A stretch of DNA of 21,604 nucleotides from Utricularia gibba (GCA_002189035.1 NEEC01000360.1:1-21604), one strand, 5' to 3'. Numbered from the stretch's first letter, positions 1-9,935 are shown. Made by a program: numbers and translations. The notes: generated by a model from the letters alone, not told the origin.

Positions 1-3000
1 GAAATTCATGATGTACATGTGACTTTTTTCCATCTTGATCGCATATCCGATGAATTTGACACCATATGTTGATTGCATTTAGTTGCTATGATACTTCTGA
101 TTCTTGATGCACCATTCCGTATACCATGTCTCTAGTGGCTATTTGATTCTTTTGCCTTGTATTTGTTCGCATCAATTTCGAGAACAGAAGCACATTTAAA
201 CGCAGTCACCACGGAATGCCACGTAAGACACTTTTCGTTGTGGCTTGTTTTTTAATATGTCCACAGTTATCGGACAAACGTAACTCCAAATTATAATACT
301 TGGAGCTCGAAAAGGGCTTCCCAACAGTGTGCTATGAAGAGCAAGGATCTGCATGTTATGCAAGAGGTGCTTCGCGGACCAGGATGTGCGACGTAGTCAT
401 TTCATTGCGCATCATCATTCGGGGTGCATCCTAAAAAATCACACGTGCACGGGATTCATTAAAAATAAATATTTACGCATATCCAGAGTGTATAACAGTG
501 TTGGGATAAGTGATGCCACGAAATTCATGATGTAGCATGTGACTTTTTTCCAACTTGATCGCATAGTAGATGAATTCTGACACCATATGTTGATGCATTT
601 AGTTGCTATGATACTTCTGATTCTTGATGCACCATTCCCGTATACCATGTCTCTAGTGGCTATTTGATTCTTTTGCCTTGTATGTTGTTCGCATCAATTT
701 CGAGAACATGAAGCACATTATTAAATGCAGTCACCAACGGAATGCCACGTGAGACACCTTTCGTTGTGGCCCTTTTTTAATATGTCACAGTTATCGGACA
801 AACGTAACTCCAAATTATAATACTTGGAGCTCGAAAGGGCTTCCCAACAGTGTGCTATGAAGAGCAAGGATCTGCATGTTATGCAAGAGGTGTTTCGCGA
901 CCAGGATGTGCGACGTAGTCATTTCATTGCGCATCACATTCGGGATGCATCCGAAAAATCACACGTGCACGGGATTCATTAAAAATAAATATTTACGCAT
1001 ATCAGAGTATATAACAGTGTTGGGATAAGTGATGCCACGAAATTCATGATGTAACATGTGACTTTTTTCCATCTTGATCGCATATCCGATGAAGTTTGAC
1101 ACCATATGTTTTGGCTGTTGATTGATTCAATTAGTTGCTATGATACTTCTGATTCTTGATGCACCATTCCCATACACCATGTCTCTAGTGGCTATTTGAT
1201 TCTTTTGCCGTGTATCCATTTGCATCAATGTCGAGAACGAGAAGCACATTCTTAGACGCAGCCACCAAGAAAGGACACCTAAGACACTTTTCGTTGTGGC
1301 TTGTTTTTAATATGTCCACAGTTATCGGACAAACGTAACTCCAAATTATAATACTTGGAGCTCGAAAAGGGCTTCCCAACAGTGTGCTATGAAGAGCAAG
1401 GATCTGCATGTTATGCAAGAGGTGCTTCGCGGACCAGGATGTGCGACGTAGTCATTTCATTGCGCATCATCATTCGGGGTGCATCCTAAAAATCACACGT
1501 GCACGGGATTCATTAAAAATAAATATTTACGCATATCCAGAGTGTATAACAGTGTTGGGATAAGTGATGCACGAAATTCATGATGTAGCATGTGACTTTT
1601 TTCCAACTTGATCGCATAGTAGATGAATTCTGACACCATATGTTGATGCATTTAGTTGCTATGATACTTCTGATTCTTGATGCACCATTCCCGTATACCA
1701 TGTCTCTAGTGGCTATTTGATTCTTTTGCCTTGTATGTTGTTCGCATCAATTTCGAGAACATGAAGCACATTATTAAATGCAGTCACCACGGAATGCCAC
1801 GTGAGACACCTTTCGTTGTGGCCCTTTTTTAATATGTCCACAGTTATCGGACAAACGTAACTCCAAATTATAATACTTGGAGCTCGAAAAGGGCTTCCCA
1901 ACAGTGTGCTATGAAGAGCAAGGATCTGCATGTTATGCAAGAGGTGCTTCGCGGACCAGGATGTGCGACGTAGTCATTTCATTGCGCATCACATTCGGGT
2001 GCAGCCGAAAAATCACACGTGCACGGATTTGTTAAAAATAAATATTTACGCATATCCTGAGTATACAACAGTGTTGGGATAAGTGATGCCACGAAATTCA
2101 TGATGTAACATGTGACTTTTTTCCATCTTGATCGCATATCCGATGAAGTTTGACACCATATGTTTTGGCTGTTGATTGATTCAATTAGTTGCTATGATAC
2201 TTCTGATTCTTGATGCACCATTCCCATACACCATGTCTCTAGTGGCTATTTGATTCTTTTGCCGTGTATCCCATTTGCATCAATGTCGAGAACGAGAAGC
2301 ACATTCTTAGACGCAGCCACCAAGAAAGGACACCTAAGACACTTTTCGTTGTGGCTTGTTTTTAATATGTCCACAGTTATCGGACAAACGTAACTCCAAA
2401 TTATAATACTTGGAGCTCGAAAAGGGCTTCCCAACAGTGTGCTATGAAGAGCAAGGATCTGCATGTTATGCAAGAGGTGCTTCGCGGACCAGGATGTGCG
2501 ACGTAGTCATTTCATTGCGCATCATCATTCGGGGTGCATCCTAAAAATCACACGTGCACGGGATTCATTAAAAATAAATATTTACGCATATCCAGAGTGT
2601 ATAACAGTGTTGGGATAAGTGATGCCACGAAATTCATGATGTAGCATGTGACTTTTTTCCAACTTGATCGCATAGTAGATGAATTCTGACACCATATGTT
2701 GATGCATTTAGTTGCTATGATACTTCTGATTCTTGATGCACCATTCCCGTATACCATGTCTCTAGTGGCTATTTGATTCTTTTGCCTTGTATGTTGTTCG
2801 CATCAATTTCGAGAACATGAAGCACATTATTAAATGCAGTCACCACGGAATGCCACGTGAGACACCTTTCGTTGTGGCCCTTTTTTAATATGTCCACAGT
2901 TATCGGACAAACGTAACTCCAAATTATAATACTTGGAGCTCGAAAAGGGCTTCCCAACAGTGTGCTATGAAGAGCAAGGATCTGCATGTTATGCAGAGGT

Positions 3001-3685
3001 GCTTCGCGGACCAGGATGTGCGACGTAGTCATTTCATTGCGCATCACCATTCGGGATGCAGCCGAAAAATCACACGTGCACCGGATTTGTTAAAAATAAA
3101 TATTTACGCATATCCTGAGTATACAACAGTGTTGGGATAAGTGATGCCACGAAATTCATGATGTAACATGTGACTTTTTTCCATCTTGATCGCATATCCG
3201 ATGAAGTTTGACACCATATGTTTTGGCTGTTGATTGATTCAATTAGTTGCTATGATACTTCTGATTCTTGATGCACCATTCCATACACCATGTCTCTAGT
3301 GGCTATTTGATTCTTTTGCCGTGTATCCCATTTGCATCAATGTCGAGAACGAGAAGCACATTCTTAGACGCAGCCACCAAGAAAGGACACCTAAGACACT
3401 TTTCGTTGTGGCTTGTTTTTAATATGTCCACAGTTATCGGACAAACGTAACTCCAAATTATAATACTTGGAGCTCGAAAAGGGCTTCCCAACAGTGTGCT
3501 ATGAAGAGCAAGGATCTGCATGTTATGCAAGAGGTGCTTCGCGGACCAGGATGTGCGACGTAGTCATTTCATTGCGCATCATCATTCGGGGTGCATCCTA
3601 AAAATCACACGTGCACGGGATTCATTAAAAATAAATATTTACGCATATCCAGAGTGTATAACAGTGTTGGGATAAGTGATGCCAC

Positions 3686-5218
3686 GAAATTCATGATGTA
3701 AATGTGACTTTTTTCCAACTTGATCGCATATAGATGAATTTGACACCATATGTTGATGATTTTAGTTGCTATGATACTTCTGATTCTTGATGCACCATTC
3801 CCATATACCATGTCTCTAGTGGCTATTTGATTCTTTTGCCTTGTATGTTTTCGCATCAATTTCGAGAACATGAAGCACATTATTAAATGCAGTCACCACG
3901 AAATGGACACTTTTCGTTGTGGCTTTTTTTAATATGTCCACAGTTATCGGACAAACGTAACTCCAAATTATAATACTTGGAGCTCGAAAAGGGCTTCCCA
4001 ACAGTGTGCTATGAAGAGCAAGGATCTGCATGTTATGCAAGAGGTGCTTCGCGACCAGGATGTGCGACGTAGTCATTTCATTGCGCATCATCATTCGGGG
4101 TGCATCCTAAAAATCACACGTGCACGGGATTCATTAAAAATAAATATTTACGCATATCCAGAGTGTATAACAGTGTTGGGATAAGTGATGCCACGAAATT
4201 CATGATGTAACATGTGACTTTTTTCCATCTTGATCGCATATAGATGAAGTTTGACACCATATGTTGGCATTTAGTTGCTATGATACTTCTGATTCTTGAT
4301 GCACCATTCCCATACACCATGTCTCTAGTGGCTATTTGATTCTTTTGCCTTGTATGTTTTGCATCAATTTCGAGAACAGAAGCACATTCTTAGCAGCACC
4401 ACGAAAGCCACCTAGACACTTTCGTTGTGGCTTTTTTTTAATATGTCCACAGTTATCGGACAAACGTAACTCCAAATTATAATACTTGGAGCTCGAAAAG
4501 GGCTTCCCAACAGTGTGCTATGAAGAGCAAGGATCTGCATGTTATGCAAGAGGTGCTTCGCGGACCAGGATGTGCGACGTAGTCATTTCATTGCGCATCA
4601 TCATTCGGGCATCCTAAAAATCACACGTGCACGGATTCATTAAAAATAAATATTTACGCATATCCAGAGTGTAAACAGTGTTGGGATAAGTGATGCCACG
4701 AAATTCATGATGTAACATGTGACTTTTTTCCAACTTGATCGCATAGTAGATGAATTCTGACACCATATGTTTTGGCTGTTGATTGCAATTAGTTGCTATG
4801 ATACTTCTGATTCTTGATGCACCATTCCCTACCATGTCTCTAGTGGCTATTTGATTCTTTTGCCGTGTATGTTTGCATCAATTCGAGAACAGAAGCACAT
4901 TATTAACGCAGTCACCACGAAATGCCACGTGAGACACTTTTCGTTGTGGCTTTTTTTTAATATGTCCACAGTTATCGGACAACGTAACTCCAAATTATAA
5001 TACTTGGAGCTCGAAAAGGGCTTCCCAACAGTGTGCTATGAAGCAAGGATCTGCATGTTATGCAAGAGGTGCTTCGCGGACCAGGATGTGCGACGTAGTC
5101 ATTTCATTGCGCATCATCATTCGGGGTGCATCCTAAAAATCACACGTGCACGGGATTTTAAAAATAAATATTTACGCATATCCAGAGTGTATAACAGTGT
5201 TGGGATAAGTGATGCCAC
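3686..5218. other. Three shortened A/B hybrid monomers (509, 505, 519 bp), probable mixed-read consensus
   Basis: Bases are lost at sites where A and B disagree, leaving their common subsequence. For example, GAACAGAAGCAC appears where A has GAACGAGAAGCAC and B has GAACATGAAGCAC. The same pattern is seen at about 1-250. Confidence 0.7.
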
Positions 5219-7633
5219 GAAATTCATGATGTAACATGTGACTTTTTTCCATCTTGATCGCATATCCGATGAAGTTTGACACCATATGTTTTGGCTGTTG
5301 ATTGATTCAATTAGTTGCTATGATACTTCTGATTCTTGATGCACCATTCCCATACACCATGTCTCTAGTGGCTATTTGATTCTTTTGCCGTGTATCCCAT
5401 TTGCATCAATGTCGAGAACGAGAAGCACATTCTTAGACGCAGCCACCAAGAAAGGACACCTAAGACACTTTTCGTTGTGGCTTGTTTTTTAATATGTCCA
5501 CAGTTATCGGACAAACGTAACTCCAAATTATAATACTTGGAGCTCGAAAAGGGCTTCCCAACAGTGTGCTATGAAGAGCAAGGATCTGCATGTTATGCAA
5601 GAGGTGCTTCGCGGACCAGGATGTGCGACGTAGTCATTTCATTGCGCATCATCATTCGGGGTGCATCCTAAAAATCACACGTGCACGGGATTCATTAAAA
5701 ATAAATATTTACGCATATCCAGAGTGTATAACAGTGTTGGGATAAGTGATGCCACGAAATTCATGATGTAGCATGTGACTTTTTTCCAACTTGATCGCAT
5801 AGTAGATGAATTCTGACACCATATGTTGATGCATTTAGTTGCTATGATACTTCTGATTCTTGATGCACCATTCCCGTATACCATGTCTCTAGTGGCTATT
5901 TGATTCTTTTGCCTTGTATGTTGTTCGCATCAATTTCGAGAACATGAAGCACATTATTAAATGCAGTCACCACGGAATGCCACGTGAGACACCTTTCGTT
6001 GTGGCCCTTTTTTAATATGTCCACAGTTATCGGACAAACGTAACTCCAAATTATAATACTTGGAGCTCGAAAAGGGCTTCCCAACAGTGTGCTATGAAGA
6101 GCAAGGATCTGCATGTTATGCAAGAGGTGCTTCGCGGACCAGGATGTGCGACGTAGTCATTTCATTGCGCATCATCATTCGGGATGCATCCTAAAATCAC
6201 ACGTGCACGGATTTGTTAAAAATAAATATTTACGCATATCCAGAGTGTACAACAGTGTTGGGATAAGTGATGCCACGAAATTCATGATGTAACATGTGAC
6301 TTTTTTCCATCTTGATCGCATATCCGATGAAGTTTGACACCATATGTTTTGGCTGTTGATTGATTCAATTAGTTGCTATGATACTTCTGATTCTTGATGC
6401 ACCATTCCCATACACCATGTCTCTAGTGGCTATTTGATTCTTTTGCCGTGTATCCCATTTGCATCAATGTCGAGAACGAGAAGCACATTCTTAGACGCAG
6501 CCACCAAGAAAGGACACCTAAGACACTTTTCGTTGTGGCTTTTTTTAATATGTCACAGTTATCGGACAAACGTAACTCCAAATTATAATACTTGGAGCTC
6601 GAAAAGGGCTTCCCAACAGTGTGCTATGAAGAGCAAGGATCTGCATGTTATGCAAGAGGTGCTTCGCGGACCAGGATGTGCGACGTAGTCATTTCATTGC
6701 GCATCATCATTCGGGTGCATCCTAAAAATCACACGTGCACGGGATTCATTAAAAATAAATATTTACGCATATCCAGAGTGTATAACAGTGTTGGGATAAG
6801 TGATGCCACGAAATTCATGATGTAGCATGTGACTTTTTTCAACTTGATCGCATAGTAGATGAATTCTGACCCATATGTTGATGCATTTAGTTGCTATGAT
6901 ACTTCTGATTCTTGATGCACCATTCCCGTATACCATGTCTCTAGTGGCTATTTGATTCTTTTGCCTTGTATGTTGTTCGCATCAATTTCGAGAACATGAA
7001 GCACATTATTAAATGCAGTCACCACGGAATGCCACGTGAGACACCTTTCGTTGTGGCCCTTTTTTAATATGTCCACAGTTATCGGACAAACGTAACTCCA
7101 AATTATAATACTTGGAGCTCGAAAAGGGCTTCCCAACAGTGTGCTATGAAGAGCAAGGATCTGCATGTTATGCAAGAGGTGCTTCGCGGACCAGGATGTG
7201 CGACGTAGTCATTTCATTGCGCATCACCATTCGGGATGCAGCCGAAAAAAATCACACGTGCACCGGATTTGTTAAAAATAAATATTTACGCATATCCTGA
7301 GTATACAACAGTGTTGGGATAAGTGATGCCACGAAATTCATGATGTAACATGTGACTTTTTTCCATCTTGATCGCATATCCGATGAAGTTTGACACCATA
7401 TGTTTTGGCTGTTGATTGATTCAATTAGTTGCTATGATACTTCTGATTCTTGATGCACCATTCCCATACACCATGTCTCTAGTGGCTATTTGATTCTTTT
7501 GCCGTGTATCCCATTTGCATCAATGTCGAGAACGAGAAGCACATTCTTAGACGCAGCCACCAAGAAAGGACACCTAAGACACTTTTCGTTGTGGCTTGTT
7601 TTTAATATGTCCACAGTTATCGGACAAACGTAA

Positions 7634-7655
7634 CTCCAAATTATAATACTTGGAG
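7634..7655. other. Short hairpin in the invariant block of every monomer
   Basis: CTCCAA-ATTATAATAC-TTGGAG: a perfect 6-bp stem with a 10-nt AT-rich loop containing the palindrome ATTATAAT. It is identical in A and B. Function is unknown. Confidence 0.5.
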
Positions 7656-7780
7656 CTCGAAAAGGGCTTCCCAACAGTGTGCTATGAAGAGCAAGGATCT
7701 GCATGTTATGCAAGAGGTGCTTCGCGGACCAGGATGTGCGACGTAGTCATTTCATTGCGCATCATCATTCGGGGTGCATC

Positions 7781-7825
7781 CTAAAAATCACACGTGCACG
7801 GGATTCATTAAAAATAAATATTTAC
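7781..7825 (-). other. Possible 45-nt spliceosomal-type intron in A-type unit ends
   Basis: The minus strand reads GTAAATATTTATTTTTAATGAATCCCGTGCACGTGTGATTTTTAG: GT donor, AT-rich body, T-tract plus AG acceptor, length a multiple of 3. It contains the only internal TAA of the candidate frame. In B-type ends the acceptor reads TTTTTCGG. Confidence 0.25.
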
Positions 7826-7868
7826 GCATATCCAGAGTGTATAACAGTGTTGGGATAAGTGATGCCAC

Positions 7869-8391
7869 GAAATTCATGATGTAGCATGTGACTTTTTTCC
7901 AACTTGATCGCATAGTAGATGAATTCTGACACCATATGTTGATGCATTTAGTTGCTATGATACTTCTGATTCTTGATGCACCATTCCCGTATACCATGTC
8001 TCTAGTGGCTATTTGATTCTTTTGCCTTGTATGTTGTTCGCATCAATTTCGAGAACATGAAGCACATTATTAAATGCAGTCACCACGGAATGCCACGTGA
8101 GACACCTTTCGTTGTGGCCCTTTTTTAATATGTCCACAGTTATCGGACAAACGTAACTCCAAATTATAATACTTGGAGCTCGAAAAGGGCTTCCCAACAG
8201 TGTGCTATGAAGAGCAAGGATCTGCATGTTATGCAAGAGGTGTTTCGCGGACCAGGATGTGCGACGTAGTCATTTCATTGCGCATCACCATTCGGGATGC
8301 ATCCGAAAAATCACACGTGCACCGGATTTGTTAAAAATAAATATTTACGCATATCCTGAGTATACAACAGTGTTGGGATAAGTGATGCCAC
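7869..8391. repeat. Representative type B monomer (523 bp)
   Basis: Diagnostic motifs: GATGTAGCATG, CATAGTAGATGAATTCTGAC, TTGATGCATTTAG (13 bp shorter than A), GCCTTGTATGTTGTTCGCATCAATTTCG and CACGGAATGCCACGTGAG. Copies start at 520, 1573, 2629, 5756, 6810, 8928, 10083, 11139, 12196, 13254, 14312, 15371, 16429, 17486, 18964, 20082 and 21137 (partial). Confidence 0.95.
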
Positions 8392-8533
8392 GAAATTCAT
8401 GATGTAACATGTGACTTTTTTCCATCTTGATCGCATATCCGATGAAGTTTGACACCATATGTTTTGGCTGTTGATTGATTCAATTAGTTGCTATGATACT
8501 TCTGATTCTTGATGCACCATTCCCATACACCAT
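8009..8533 (-). pseudogene. Candidate interrupted coding frame (174 codons plus TAG), repeated once per dimer; unknown product; either a gene remnant or a gene in a TGA=Trp code
   Basis: Hand translation: MVYGNGASRIRSIIATN*INQQPKHMVSNFIGYAIKMEKSHMLHHEFRGITYPNTVVYSGYA*IFIFNKSGARVIFRMHPEW*CAMK*LRRTSWSAKHLLHNMQILALHSTLLGSPFRAPSIIIWSYVCPITVDILKKGHNERCLTWHSVVTAFNNVLHVLEIDANNIQGKRIK*. Internal stops are TGA (codons 18, 83, 88) and TAA (codon 63). Outside the variable block, only 1 of about 20 A/B substitutions falls on codon position 2. I recognise no homologue. Confidence 0.35.
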
Positions 8534-9385
8534 GTCTCTAGTGGCTATTTGATTCTTTTGCCGTGTATCCCATTTGCATCAATGTCGAGAACGAGAAGCA
8601 CATTCTTAGACGCAGCCACCAAGAAAGGACACCTAAGACACTTTTCGTTGTGGCTTGTTTTTAATATGTCCACAGTTATCGGACAAACGTAACTCCAAAT
8701 TATAATACTTGGAGCTCGAAAAGGGCTTCCCAACAGTGTGCTATGAAGAGCAAGGATCTGCATGTTATGCAAGAGGTGCTTCGCGGACCAGGATGTGCGA
8801 CGTAGTCATTTCATTGCGCATCATCATTCGGGGTGCATCCTAAAAATCACACGTGCACGGGATTCATTAAAAATAAATATTTACGCATATCCAGAGTGTA
8901 TAACAGTGTTGGGATAAGTGATGCCACGAAATTCATGATGTAGCATGTGACTTTTTTCCAACTTGATCGCATAGTAGATGAATTCTGACACCATATGTTG
9001 ATGCATTTAGTTGCTATGATACTTCTGATTCTTGATGCACCATTCCCGTATACCATGTCTCTAGTGGCTATTTGATTCTTTTGCCTTGTATGTTGTTCGC
9101 ATCAATTTCGAGAACATGAAGCACATTATTAAATGCAGTCACCACGGAATGCCACGTGAGACACCTTTCGTTGTGGCCCTTTTTTAATATGTCCACAGTT
9201 ATCGGACAAACGTAACTCCAAATTATAATACTTGGAGCTCGAAAAGGGCTTCCCAACAGTGTGCTATGAAGAGCAAGGATCTGCATGTTATGCAAGAGGT
9301 GCTTCGCGACCAGGATGTGCGACGTAGTCATTTCATTGCGCATCATCATTCGGGGTGCATCCTAAAAATCACACGTGCACGGATT

Positions 9386-9935
9386 CAGTTTACATTGCGC
9401 ATCACTGATCGTATACAGCCGTTGGGATATCAGTGATGCCATTTGAAATATGATATTTAACGTGTATCCTGAGCTTTTTTCCATTGGGATAAGTGCGATG
9501 AAGTTTCATTCATGATGTAACATGTGACTTCATGTTTTGGCTGTGATGATTGACATATCAATTAGATGAATGTTTGTCTGATTCTTGATGCATGTTCCCA
9601 TGACACCATTGTCTTCTAGTTGCTATGATATTTTGCCGTGTATTCTTGATGCATCCAATGTCCCATACACCAGAGTGTCTCTTCTTGGACTATTTGATTC
9701 TTTTGCCGTGTATCAAGATTTGCAGTCGAGAACGAGACACACATTCTTAGACGCAGCCACCAAGAAAGTTTTTAAGTCCTTTTATCGGATTGTGGCACGT
9801 TTTTAATATCATTATAATCACTTATCGGAGCAGTCGAAAAACTCCCAACATTAGTAGCTATGGAGCTCGAAAAGGGCTTCCCATGTTATCAGTGTGCTTC
9901 GAAGGCCAGGATCTGCATGTATGTCAAGAGGTGCT
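9386..9935. other. Scrambled monomer, probable assembly or consensus artefact
   Basis: The sequence is built from interleaved fragments of the same monomer in two registers about 60-70 bp apart (CATTGCGCATCA at 9334/9393, TTGGGATA at 9422/9484, TTTTGCCGTGTAT at 9631/9701). The dimer 8928-10082 is 1155 bp instead of 1059 bp. Confidence 0.75.

Larger units (their letters stand above)
7333..7868. repeat. Representative type A monomer (536 bp)
   Basis: Diagnostic motifs: GATGTAACATG, CATATCCGATGAAGTTTGAC, TTTTGGCTGTTGATTGATTCAATTAG, GCCGTGTATCCCATTTGCATCAATGTCG and CAAGAAAGGACACCTAAG. Near-identical copies start at 1039, 2093, 3151, 5219, 6277, 8392, 10605, 11661, 12718, 13776, 14835, 15893, 16950, 18008, 19547 and 20602. 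Confidence 0.95.
7486..7997 (-). pseudogene. Paralogous copy of the same candidate frame, frameshifted by the net 13-bp B-type deletion (512 nt)
   Basis: It has the same ATG and TAG boundaries. After ...IIAT the B-type indel shifts the frame, giving the track's 69-aa MVYGNG...MNPVHV ORF, while the 3' part is the 75-aa ...GKRIK ORF. This call depends on the previous feature being real. Confidence 0.3.

Noticed and set aside
7504-7598. Diversity-generating retroelement VR/TR pair or shufflon cassettes
   Set aside because: The substitutions are not restricted to adenines on either strand, only two variants exist, all units are in the same orientation, and no reverse transcriptase or recombinase is present.
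7621-7647. Sigma70 promoter (TATAAT at 7642-7647)
   Set aside because: The -35 candidate CGGACA is a 4/6 match at 15-bp spacing, TATAAT is part of an AT-rich palindrome, and there is no downstream gene or evidence of a bacterial source.
7810-7826. TAAATATTTAC as a geminivirus TAATATTAC origin
   Set aside because: It does not match the nonanucleotide without indels and has no flanking GC-rich stem.
7333-8391. Kinetoplast minicircle (about 1 kb with two conserved regions)
   Set aside because: There is no CSB-3/UMS GGGGTTGGTGTA (only a 7-bp partial TACACCA) and no CSB-1. The two halves are homologous along their whole length, unlike minicircle variable regions.
7333-8391. 5S rRNA, tRNA, spliced-leader or U snRNA tandem gene array
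   Set aside because: The unit size would fit, but I see no 5S, tRNA cloverleaf, SL (nematode, trypanosomatid, dinoflagellate) or snRNA signature. The B-box-like GTTCGCATC is present only in B and has no convincing A box. An Infernal/Rfam scan would be the definitive test.
8466-8497. Second possible minus-strand intron (GTATCATAGCAACTAATTGAATCAATCAACAG) with a CTAAT branch-like motif that would remove the first TGA
   Set aside because: It is only 32 nt, does not preserve the frame, has a weak donor and is absent in B. Such GT..AG matches are easy to find by chance.
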